In this document: one piece after another, positions 50,400 through 58,912 of the stretch
How the letters are laid out: every line of letters starts with the position of its first letter
How positions within the stretch are numbered: position 1 is the stretch's first letter
Source of the DNA: a virus
Strand: one strand, 5' to 3'
IMG/VR virus record: IMGVR_UViG_3300029982_000012
DNA: 64,000 nt
Notes under the pieces: generated by a model
Database searches by the model: none
Told to the model about the DNA's origin: nothing
Seen by the model: the letters and a program-made list of their open reading frames with translations, nothing else
Made by a program: the position numbers and the translations under genes

Positions 50400-52037
50400 A
50401 TGTCAACTTTTCTCCATGGTGTCGGAACTGTTCAATTTATAGATAAATCGGGAGAACTCCTTGATCTTAAAGGATTAAGTATAGATTCTCTCGAAAAGAC
50501 TGGCGTTATCAACTATGAACACAAGAGCGATGTGCCAGCCCAATTAGTTGGCAAGATATTGAAAGCAAAGAAGATTTTCTCAAAAAAAGACTGCGCAAAC
50601 GAACACGAACTCTATTTTTGGAAGAAAACCAAAACCCCATATTTATACATCATGGCCGAGTTGTTAGATGACTATTGCGATAGCGCAAAACACGTTGCAG
50701 GTATGTTGAGATACGACAGAGACAGAAAAGACCAAAACGAATACAATATTGTGTGGTTTAGTATTGAAGGCAGTGAAATCCCAAATACTAGAGTGGGCAA
50801 GTCCATTATTACAAGAGGTATTGCACGTAAGGTTACTTTGACTTCTGCACCATGTAATGCGGCAGCTGCAGTTGAAATTCTTGAAAACCAAGCACCAAAA
50901 ATTAAAGACGACTTTGATGAAATATTTAAAAGCGAACAAGAAGCTATCACTTTATTCAAAACGGGTGAAGGTGAAAAGTTGTACGAAACCTATTTAGCAA
51001 AAAAAGAAGCCGAAGGCCCAAGCACTGGCGGTAAGCCCCCAAAGAATCCCTACAATGAATATCAAAATAGCGGCACTAGAATTGGTAAAACAAAATCCGG
51101 TAAGACTGTTTGGTCTCACGGACACATTGGCGATTACAGTTTTAATCCTGCCGAACACCAAGAAGCTGCCGAACATCATGAACGGGCTTCTGTAATTTCT
51201 GAGAATCCAAAACTTGCTGATAACCACGCGCAACGTGCAGTTGCTCACGCTAATGCTGCTAAATCCGGTGGTCGTCAAGAAAATCGTGCAGCACTTTCTC
51301 TTAACCAAAAAGATAAGGTGGCTCAGGAGCAAGGAAAACAAGTGTCTAAAGCCGAATATTGTGAAAAACACAAAAAATTACAAAAAGCTGATGGACCAAA
51401 ATGGTCGGGACCAAAAGTAACTGGTGACGCCATACATTTTTCTCATCCAGAACACAATATCGTTAGTGTCCATAAACAGCCTTCTGGAGAATTTCACGTA
51501 AAACACAATGGTAGAGTTGCTGGCGTGGGTGGACAAAAAGGCGTATTCAATAATGCAAAAGATGCAGGGGCACACGCACAAAAATTCATGAGTGGGTTAA
51601 GTAGTGGTAAGATAACCGCTCCAGCGATGCAAAACCATCCATCACCTTCAATTATTGGCAATACATCTATCAAAAAAGCAATTACTGCTGGTAGTACGAA
51701 TGCAGCACCTTCAACTTTGGTAAATGGAGCTGCCTACCAAACAGAAAGTCTTGCTAAAGAACAATCTCCTTCAGAAGAACATAATTTTAAAGGCTCAAAA
51801 AAGAAAGACTGGAATTTAAGAGCCAAGCAAGATTACGAAAAATGGCCTCATAGGGAAAAGTTTGAGAAGTTCATGAAGTCAAAAATGCCTCACCTTTCTA
51901 AGGGTGAAATAGCAGCTTTTGGCAGAGTAATTGCACTCAAGAAGAATATCGAATTTGAAAATTCTTTAAGCGATCTAGTTGACTTTAATAAATCTGAAGA
52001 TGCTAAAAAAGTAATTGTATCAAATACAAAAAAGTAG
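50400..52037 (+). CDS. prohead (capsid maturation) protease with long C-terminal extension
   Basis: DKSGE, INYEH, VGKI, FSIEG, VTLTSAPCN motifs (HK97/herpes-type protease). Confidence 0.85.
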   Translation: MSTFLHGVGTVQFIDKSGELLDLKGLSIDSLEKTGVINYEHKSDVPAQLVGKILKAKKIFSKKDCANEHELYFWKKTKTPYLYIMAELLDDYCDSAKHVAGMLRYDRDRKDQNEYNIVWFSIEGSEIPNTRVGKSIITRGIARKVTLTSAPCNAAAAVEILENQAPKIKDDFDEIFKSEQEAITLFKTGEGEKLYETYLAKKEAEGPSTGGKPPKNPYNEYQNSGTRIGKTKSGKTVWSHGHIGDYSFNPAEHQEAAEHHERASVISENPKLADNHAQRAVAHANAAKSGGRQENRAALSLNQKDKVAQEQGKQVSKAEYCEKHKKLQKADGPKWSGPKVTGDAIHFSHPEHNIVSVHKQPSGEFHVKHNGRVAGVGGQKGVFNNAKDAGAHAQKFMSGLSSGKITAPAMQNHPSPSIIGNTSIKKAITAGSTNAAPSTLVNGAAYQTESLAKEQSPSEEHNFKGSKKKDWNLRAKQDYEKWPHREKFEKFMKSKMPHLSKGEIAAFGRVIALKKNIEFENSLSDLVDFNKSEDAKKVIVSNTKK

Positions 52038-52043
52038 TATACT
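52015..52043 (+). promoter_or_regulatory. sigma70-like promoter of tRNA unit
   Basis: TTGTAT-17-TATACT, 5 nt before tRNA base 1. Confidence 0.55.
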
Positions 52044-52048
52044 AATAT

Positions 52049-52125
52049 CGCAGGCATAAAGAAATAGTGTCTTGTCTGGCTCATAACCAGGATATCGTCC
52101 GTTGCGAGTACGGAGCCTGCAACCA
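52049..52125 (+). tRNA. tRNA-Met(CAT), initiator-like, non-canonical
   Basis: C1:A72 mismatch, GCAGGC/GCCTGC acceptor stem, TCTGG-CTCATAA-CCAGG anticodon arm, TCCGT-TGCGAGT-ACGGA T arm, encoded CCA. Confidence 0.8.
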
Positions 52126-52127
52126 AT

Positions 52128-52346
52128 ATGACAAATGATGAATTGCTAACTCAATATAATGAAGCACATGAATTAGCCACAGAACTCTTCGATGGTATAT
52201 GGGAAGATTCTGTTATGTGGATGCAAACGCCAACAGAACTGTTTTTTGGCAAGGCCCCAGGTCAATTAATCGCTTCTGGAGACGGACACTTAGTCATCGA
52301 ATGGCTTATGGTAAGAACCGGTAAGAAGCCCGGAGCCGCATTTTGA
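52128..52346 (+). CDS. orphan MbcA/ParS/Xre-type antitoxin C-terminal domain (DUF2384-like)
   Basis: ATELFDG...WMQTP...FGKAPGQLI..GDGHLVIEWL. Confidence 0.7.
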   Translation: MTNDELLTQYNEAHELATELFDGIWEDSVMWMQTPTELFFGKAPGQLIASGDGHLVIEWLMVRTGKKPGAAF

Positions 52347-52563
52347 AACCTTATGGCAAAAAAATTGGTAGGGGTCTTAAAGGATCTAGATTTCTAGATA
52401 ATGGATGTCCATGTTGTGGCAGAGAGCATGACCACAAAGGAGCCACAAGACAGGCCCTTAATAAAGAGATTGTTGATATTCTTAAGGAACAAATAAAAGC
52501 CGAAGAAGAAGAAAGACTTAAGAGTAGATTGGAAGCAATGGAGTTTTCTAGGAGACTCCGATT

Positions 52564-53133
52564 TTAAGCCGTAAAATATCTACCTGACGGCCCTGGTTCC
52601 TTAAGATCCAAGTGAATCCAGCTAGTTGTCCCCTTCTCCATCCTAATACCAAAATCTTCCAGTACTGGTTCCATTTTATCTTTAATTTCTTCTATAGTTA
52701 AGTTAGGGGAGCAATCGAAGTCAATTGCACATCCAAAACTATGCACATCATTAGGCAATGAATGTAAAACTTCTTCATTGTATTTTACCGATCTAAATAG
52801 ACAATGAGCATTCATTGGAAACCCTAAATGCGTCCTTACTTGCTCCATTTTTTGACATAAAGTAATAAGTTTTTCCTTAACATCATCATCAAGTCCATCG
52901 TCCTCTGTAGCAAGACGATTCCATGAATGTAACGTAATAGCGTCCCCGACAGTAAAATGAGGGGTAATGTGATGGGTTGCATCGGTCCAATCAATACCAT
53001 TTGAATCCATATTAGGGCTACTTTCTTTAGGGGTTCCGATTGGGATCTCAACCTGAATTTCCTTTTCTTTTCCATGACTTGTAAGTAAGGTTCCAAGTGA
53101 ATTTAGAATCATATCTATAAATGAATTTGCCAT
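52564..53133 (-). CDS. peptidase M15A-family endolysin
   Basis: TPHFT, FRS..YN, HSFGCAIDF, WIHLD Zn-peptidase motifs. Confidence 0.85.
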   Translation of the reverse strand: MANSFIDMILNSLGTLLTSHGKEKEIQVEIPIGTPKESSPNMDSNGIDWTDATHHITPHFTVGDAITLHSWNRLATEDDGLDDDVKEKLITLCQKMEQVRTHLGFPMNAHCLFRSVKYNEEVLHSLPNDVHSFGCAIDFDCSPNLTIEEIKDKMEPVLEDFGIRMEKGTTSWIHLDLKEPGPSGRYFTA

Positions 53134-53188
53134 AGTTGAGTTTTACAATCTTATATTGGTTACTCCAATAAGATTGTGGGTCTAAATA

Positions 53189-53506
53189 ATGAAACTTAAT
53201 ATCAAATTTGGCCTACTAGGAGATAAAGAGGTTGACTGGTGGAAGTCTCTCGATAGTTTCCCTAAAACTATAAAGTACCTAAACGTAATTTATGAATGGG
53301 TTTTTTATGATGACGATCAATCCAAGAAATACCATAAAATTTTATGGTTTTCTGAACTTAAACAATATGATCCTAGATACAACGAAAAGCATGAAAATTG
53401 GAACGATATTTTCGAAAGCAACAAACTTAGTTGTTGTTGTGGAGCCAGATATAGCAGTTTTCCTTGGGATCATTTAAGATATTGCCCAGAATGGAAGAAG
53501 TGGTAG
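53189..53506 (+). CDS. hypothetical protein with CxCGA...H..C tail
   Basis: CCCGARY...DHLRYCP resembles the tails of 11594 and 13984. Confidence 0.5.
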   Translation: MKLNIKFGLLGDKEVDWWKSLDSFPKTIKYLNVIYEWVFYDDDQSKKYHKILWFSELKQYDPRYNEKHENWNDIFESNKLSCCCGARYSSFPWDHLRYCPEWKKW

Positions 53507-53508
53507 TT

Positions 53509-53685
53509 ATGAATGATAATTTTCCAAAATACGTGCTTGTATTTTTAGCGGTATTATATCTAATAGCCTGTGTTAGTGAAATTATAATGGTTAAGGATGG
53601 TGCAGCGGCTGTATTTGAGTCTGCTAAGACCTTAGTTCCTCATATTGGGATGTTTATCCTCGGTTTCTATTTTTCCAAAAAATAA
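53509..53685 (+). CDS. small 2-TM protein, holin candidate
   Basis: Two hydrophobic helices, GFYFSKK end, next to the endolysin. Confidence 0.45.
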   Translation: MNDNFPKYVLVFLAVLYLIACVSEIIMVKDGAAAVFESAKTLVPHIGMFILGFYFSKK

Positions 53686-53759
53686 TACTTGACAGAAAAT
53701 AAATATTATGATATTATCTCTTAATAGGGCATAAAATATGCTCATAACAAGGAGAGAAA

Positions 53760-54743
53760 ATGTTAATTTTAGATAATTTGGTATTAGCACGAGACGAACA
53801 GGGAATCAAAAAATTCTTAGAAAAAGCAAAGAACACAAAAGAAGGTTTTTATACTTTCATGACTTTTTTGGATTTGCTTAAAATGTATAAAACGGGAGCC
53901 CTATCTGACGATGAATTCAATCGATCCGGTAGATTCGATAAGAAAAGAGCGCGGGACATTGCGGAAAACTTCACTCATTTTGGCTTTGGTCAAGTTACTT
54001 GCGGTTTTAACGATGGAAAATTGGAATTGATTGATGCCCATCATAGGCTTGGAGCTTTGGTGGTCATGAATGATGAACTTTTTAATTTCAACGAAATCGC
54101 CCAAGAAGTTGTTGCTGTAAGAGTGATTCCATCTGCGTATAAACTTTCTACCTACAAAACACTTAATTCGGGAAAATCACATACCGGATACGAAAAGATT
54201 AATCATCCTAAAATGGCTGTTGGGTCTTATTCTAATGAGATTATTAATAAGGCACAGGATAAAGCTGGCCCAGATAGTAAGTTCAATAAACAACTTACTC
54301 AGAATCTTATGGACCTAACTCTTGCGTATGAAACACATGGTGACAGTTTTGATTTGGACCAATTATTCGCTAAACGAGGAGTCGTTACCAAACATCTAAA
54401 TCTTTCTGCTGATCGACGTAGTTTCAGTATCGATGATAGTGCCGTGAAAAAATCAGCAGATCTTACTACTAAGTACCTTTCCTTAATTTGTTACGCGGAA
54501 AGCCTTGATGTAAAAACAGAAATCGTTAGATTAATCAAGAGCCCTGGATTCTTCCTGTCCTTTGGACTAGACTATATGACTAATGGAAAAATTCTTACTG
54601 GTTTTTCAAGTCAATCCAATATTAAGATCGTAAATAAGGTAAATAGCAATAAATTCGCTAAGATCAAAGAAAATACGGAACGAGTTGCCCGTAGGAGCCG
54701 TAAAAAGATCAATCTTCCTGCCTTAATCGATTCCCTATCGTAA
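53760..54743 (+). CDS. ParB-like/DGQHR-superfamily protein
   Basis: NR...A..I and LELIDAHHRLGAL; own TTGACA promoter and downstream terminator. Confidence 0.55.
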   Translation: MLILDNLVLARDEQGIKKFLEKAKNTKEGFYTFMTFLDLLKMYKTGALSDDEFNRSGRFDKKRARDIAENFTHFGFGQVTCGFNDGKLELIDAHHRLGALVVMNDELFNFNEIAQEVVAVRVIPSAYKLSTYKTLNSGKSHTGYEKINHPKMAVGSYSNEIINKAQDKAGPDSKFNKQLTQNLMDLTLAYETHGDSFDLDQLFAKRGVVTKHLNLSADRRSFSIDDSAVKKSADLTTKYLSLICYAESLDVKTEIVRLIKSPGFFLSFGLDYMTNGKILTGFSSQSNIKIVNKVNSNKFAKIKENTERVARRSRKKINLPALIDSLS

Positions 54744-54753
54744 ATTAAACAAT

Positions 54754-54790
54754 AAGAAACGGTCACCTTTTTGGTGGCCGTTTTTGTTTT
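54754..54790 (+). terminator. intrinsic terminator
   Basis: AAACGGTCACC-TTTTT-GGTGGCCGTTT followed by a T-rich run. Confidence 0.75.
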
Positions 54791-54809
54791 ATGGTGGTAC
54801 AATCAAAGT

Positions 54810-55892
54810 ATGGTTAGATACGTAGACACATTTTCAGGCATCGGCGGCTTTAGTTTAGGTATCCACTCCGTTTTGGGAGACGAAGCTAAATGCGTACTGG
54901 CCATAGATTACGATAAGAATGTTTCTGAAACCTTCTTCAATAATTTTGGTATCAATTCTTACGGCAATATACGTGAACTAGAAGTACAGAATATCCCAGA
55001 TCACGACATCATCTTTGGTGGTTTTCCTTGTCAGCCATTCTCTAGGAATGGAAAATGGTTCAATAAAAACGACAAAACAATTGGAGAGCAAGAAGAACGG
55101 GATAACCTATTCCTAGAACTTGTCAGGATTTTAGTAGCAAAAAAACCTAAATATTTTGTATTCGAGAATGTTAAGGGGCTTCTATCCATGAAGAATATGG
55201 ATGGAAGTTCTTGTTTTGACACTATTGTACAAAACTTAAACGAAGCAGGATACGATGTTCATACTAAACTTTTGGATGCCGTAGATTTCGGAGTACCACA
55301 GCAACGAGAACGTATTTTCTTTGTTGGTATTAGATCTGATTTAAAGCAAGAGTTTAAATTCCCAACCCCTTCTCCTATTGGCCCTCAATCCATTGAGGAT
55401 ATATTGGAGAAAAAAGTTTCTGATAAATACCTTATTTCTAATCTTTGGAAAAAAAGAACTATTCTCGGCGGCGGACCCAATTCTGGTCCAGGTAAGAAAA
55501 ATCACGACTTTCCTAATGGACATTCTAGGTACGAAGTGATTAAATGGCTCTACGAAGATAATTCGAAGAAACCCACTCAACCAACGGGTAAGATCGAATC
55601 AGTAGCTATTTTGTATGGAGATACCCCTAGTGGTTTACCTAGACAGCAGGATAAAATCTATTCAGTTAATGGTATCTCGCCTACCATAGCTACATTTTCT
55701 ACTCCTGCAGTGGATTCCAAGCAAGGATTAAGACAATTAACGCCAAGAGAATGTGCTAGACTTCAAGGTTTTCCAGAAACCTATATCTTTCCACAAAAAG
55801 ATGCTGTAGCATATAAGCAGATTGGAAATGCAGTTGCGGTTCCTGTAATCGCGGCCATAGTAAAACAATTATTAGGAGATAAAAATGATTGA
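54810..55892 (+). CDS. DNA (cytosine-5) methyltransferase
   Basis: FSGIGG, GFPCQPFS, FENVKG, QQRERIF, RLQGFP, KQIGNAV. Confidence 0.95.
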   Translation: MVRYVDTFSGIGGFSLGIHSVLGDEAKCVLAIDYDKNVSETFFNNFGINSYGNIRELEVQNIPDHDIIFGGFPCQPFSRNGKWFNKNDKTIGEQEERDNLFLELVRILVAKKPKYFVFENVKGLLSMKNMDGSSCFDTIVQNLNEAGYDVHTKLLDAVDFGVPQQRERIFFVGIRSDLKQEFKFPTPSPIGPQSIEDILEKKVSDKYLISNLWKKRTILGGGPNSGPGKKNHDFPNGHSRYEVIKWLYEDNSKKPTQPTGKIESVAILYGDTPSGLPRQQDKIYSVNGISPTIATFSTPAVDSKQGLRQLTPRECARLQGFPETYIFPQKDAVAYKQIGNAVAVPVIAAIVKQLLGDKND

Positions 55893-56781
55893 AGCAAAAA
55901 TTGTCGCCGATTCAGTTGGTCCAAATGACGTTCGTATTACTACATTTGTCTTAACTTATCCCCGATTCATTCACTCAGAATTTATGACGCACAGGGTCTT
56001 CTCTAGGAACGCTTCGTCTTCTCGTGCCATTCCAGTGAAGAAGCAAATTCAAATGGTAATTGACAATCCAGCCATTCCTTTGGCTTTTACAAAGAATCAA
56101 AAAGGAATGCAAGGCGGCGATGCATTGGATGGGGAGGCACATGATCTTGCCAAACTTGCATGGCTAAATGCTAGAGATATGGCCGTCATCCAAGCCCGTA
56201 ATCTAGAGAATCTAGAAGTCCATAAGCAATATGCAAATCGAATTCTTGAACCATTTGCTCATATTACGGTAGTTTGTACTGCTACAGATTACGATAACTT
56301 CTTTGCTTTACGTTGCCATGAGATGGCACAACCTGAGATTCACGCTCTTGCTGACCTGATGTACGATCAATATATTACAAATAGACCAAAAAAACTATCA
56401 GAGGGCAGTTGGCATCTCCCCTTTATGGACAATGATGAAGATTTGACAGAGACGGCATATTATGTGTGTGAATCTGGCACTACAGGGCGTAGATTTTTCG
56501 ATATAGCCATAAAGAGATCTGTTGCTCGTTGTGCTAGGGTATCCTATTTAAATCATGAAGGGAAAAAATCTACTATAGAAGAAGATTTACAACTTTACAA
56601 TCGACTATTGGGAGGAGTACCAATTCACGCTTCTCCAGCAGAACATCAAGCTCAGGCTTTAGCAAGATGGGATGAAGGTATTAACAGACCTACAGCCTTT
56701 CAGCGATCTGGAAATCTTCAGGGATGGTATCAATACAGAAAAACTCTTGAAAATGAAAATGTCACGAGTTTCAAAAAATGA
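55885..56781 (+). CDS. thyX: flavin-dependent thymidylate synthase (ThyX-like)
   Basis: YPRFIHSEFMTHRVFSRNASSSR, LRCHEMAQPEI. Confidence 0.85.
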   Translation: MIEAKIVADSVGPNDVRITTFVLTYPRFIHSEFMTHRVFSRNASSSRAIPVKKQIQMVIDNPAIPLAFTKNQKGMQGGDALDGEAHDLAKLAWLNARDMAVIQARNLENLEVHKQYANRILEPFAHITVVCTATDYDNFFALRCHEMAQPEIHALADLMYDQYITNRPKKLSEGSWHLPFMDNDEDLTETAYYVCESGTTGRRFFDIAIKRSVARCARVSYLNHEGKKSTIEEDLQLYNRLLGGVPIHASPAEHQAQALARWDEGINRPTAFQRSGNLQGWYQYRKTLENENVTSFKK

Positions 56782-57446
56782 AAATCGATCTAATCTCAGA
56801 TACTCATAATAAGCACAAGGAATTCACTTTAAAAGGTGGAGACCTTCTAATTCACTCTGGAGATGCTACAGGTCGGGGTCAAAGCGGTGAGATCCATGCC
56901 TTTTTGCAGTGGTTTCAAAAGCAGCCTTATAAGCACAAAATCTTTGTTCCCGGTAATCATGATTTTGGCCTTGAAAAAGAAACTGCAAGATATCGAGAAG
57001 AATGCAATAAAAGAAATATAACCCTTCTGATTGATGAGAGAATTGAGATCGAAGGAATTAAAATCTATGGATCTCCTATTACACCAACCTTTTTTGATTG
57101 GGCATTCATGCAAGATCGTGGGGAGAAGATTAAGCGCCATTGGGATGCAATTCCAGATGATACCCAAATACTCATAACCCACGGTCCAGCATACCAAATT
57201 AGGGACAGGGTCATGAATCGCTATAACCCAAAAGGTGAAAATGTTGGGTGTCTAGATCTCCGAGCAAGAATTGAGCAATTAAAAGAATTAAAATTACATG
57301 TTTTTGGACATATCCATGATGAAGCTGGTGCCAGCAAAATTGGTCAATATATTGCCGCAAATGCATCGTTACTAAATGATGACTACATGAAAGCATTTAA
57401 GCCGATTAGAATTTTAGTTGAAAATGGGGAATACAACGTCAAGTGA
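56778..57446 (+). CDS. calcineurin-like metallophosphoesterase
   Basis: SDTH, HSGD, GNHD, THGP, FGHIH. Confidence 0.95.
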   Translation: MKIDLISDTHNKHKEFTLKGGDLLIHSGDATGRGQSGEIHAFLQWFQKQPYKHKIFVPGNHDFGLEKETARYREECNKRNITLLIDERIEIEGIKIYGSPITPTFFDWAFMQDRGEKIKRHWDAIPDDTQILITHGPAYQIRDRVMNRYNPKGENVGCLDLRARIEQLKELKLHVFGHIHDEAGASKIGQYIAANASLLNDDYMKAFKPIRILVENGEYNVK

Positions 57447-57447
57447 T

Positions 57448-58212
57448 TTAGGCGACATTTCTTTGTTCGTTGTACTCATCGTATCCCAACGAAATAAAAT
57501 GTACGAATCCATCTTTAAAGCCCCATCCTGGAGGTAATTGCTGCAATGAACAGCGACAAAAGGGATGCTCACCACAAGAAGACGGTCTAGATTCGCCTCT
57601 TTTGTGATATCCCATAGATAACTCTGACATCTTCCAGACTCGTGGTGTAATCTCGTCATCCATCATATGAAGTCTAAGACATTCCTTACAGGTTTCGCCA
57701 TCTCTTACAATAACGAAAAATACATTAGGGTCTTCAATACCTTCTTGTTTGGATTTATCCACTATTTCCATAGTGTGACCAAGATTTCTGGTCTTAGTGG
57801 ATTCAGCTTCTGCGATTAATTTAATGTCACTTCTAGCTTTTTTCATCGCAGAAGAAATAATATCCGAAACTTGTTTGGCATCAACATGAGAATTGTTGGA
57901 TTTTGCTTCCCTAATCAAGGAATCCACGGCATGAATAACATTTGAACTGGTTTTACTTTTTAGCCCCTCTATGTATCCGTAAGAAGTGTTTAGTGTAGAT
58001 CTTAGAACATCTTTATCGTAATGATTTAGTTCTTTATTATTCATGGCTTGCAAAAATAAATTGGCAAGACTAAATTTAGGTGTAGAACTAAAAAAAGGAG
58101 ATTTATTTCTTACTTTAGGTATATTACCAAGAAATTTGTACGCCAAAGCATCAAACATTTTCTCTATTGCAATGGAAATAGATTCCTTGCCAGAACTGCT
58201 TATGCCCCACAT
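57448..58212 (-). CDS. MuF/gp7-like minor head protein
   Basis: RD..TCKEC...HPFCRCSL. Confidence 0.75.
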   Translation of the reverse strand: MWGISSSGKESISIAIEKMFDALAYKFLGNIPKVRNKSPFFSSTPKFSLANLFLQAMNNKELNHYDKDVLRSTLNTSYGYIEGLKSKTSSNVIHAVDSLIREAKSNNSHVDAKQVSDIISSAMKKARSDIKLIAEAESTKTRNLGHTMEIVDKSKQEGIEDPNVFFVIVRDGETCKECLRLHMMDDEITPRVWKMSELSMGYHKRGESRPSSCGEHPFCRCSLQQLPPGWGFKDGFVHFISLGYDEYNEQRNVA

Positions 58213-58216
58213 AAAA

Positions 58217-58786
58217 TTAACCTTTTAACAAATTTTCAAAATTTAAAGTTTTTACGATTGCTTCCGAAGCTTTTTGCTCTTCAAGTGCGAAACTCTTCAT
58301 GAGCTCATCAACGATTTTTTCTTGATCATTTAATGCTTTTTTGCCATGCTCACTCAAATTTTTATTTGCGCCCTTACCGATAGTGAATTTGGGCTTCATT
58401 GCATTTGATATTGAATTAATCATTTTTTCTGATTTTTTCATTTCAACAAGAGTTTTCATCTCATTCAAGGCCTTCATCATATTGGCTGTTTCAGGAGAAC
58501 TAGGGTCCTGTTTATTTACCATAGATTCCAAGGTATTAATATGTTGGTCCATTTCAGATCCTGAACTATCTGGAGATCCCGGATTGTTGGGATCTTGACC
58601 TTGCATTTGCTGTCCCTGCATTTGCATTTGTTCTGCTTGTTGAGCATCAGCCTTATCTTGTTGAGCCTGCTGCATTTGAGCAGATTGGGCACCTTGTTCA
58701 AATCCAAGGCGAAAAGAGACATCGACAGCATCAATAAATTTCAGTTTTAGGTCTTCATATTTAAGTTTATAATCTTGATTTTTCAT
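58217..58786 (-). CDS. Gln-rich putative head protein
   Basis: Downstream of portal; MMKAL, MKKSE, LMKSF sites. Confidence 0.5.
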   Translation of the reverse strand: MKNQDYKLKYEDLKLKFIDAVDVSFRLGFEQGAQSAQMQQAQQDKADAQQAEQMQMQGQQMQGQDPNNPGSPDSSGSEMDQHINTLESMVNKQDPSSPETANMMKALNEMKTLVEMKKSEKMINSISNAMKPKFTIGKGANKNLSEHGKKALNDQEKIVDELMKSFALEEQKASEAIVKTLNFENLLKG

Positions 58787-58797
58787 GTATAATCCTC

Positions 58798-58911
58798 TTA
58801 ATTCTTAAAACTAGCAGCTATGTTATATAAAAGCCACCAAATTAGGCCAAGAAAAGTTACGAGACCTAAAGTACATCCAATAAAATACTCACAAAATTTA
58901 AAGAATCCCAT
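58798..58911 (-). CDS. 37-aa single-TM peptide (not in ORF track)
   Basis: MGFFKFCEYFIGCTLGLVTFLGLIWWLLYNIAASFKN* exactly fills the gap after the portal. Confidence 0.4.
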   Translation of the reverse strand: MGFFKFCEYFIGCTLGLVTFLGLIWWLLYNIAASFKN

Positions 58912-58912
58912 A

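Noticed and set aside
51890-52126. 78-aa minus-strand ORF
   Set aside because: It is the antisense of the protease end and the tRNA.
53760-55892. Type II restriction-modification pair
   Set aside because: The upstream gene shows no PD-(D/E)xK or HNH motif and is separated from the methylase by a terminator.
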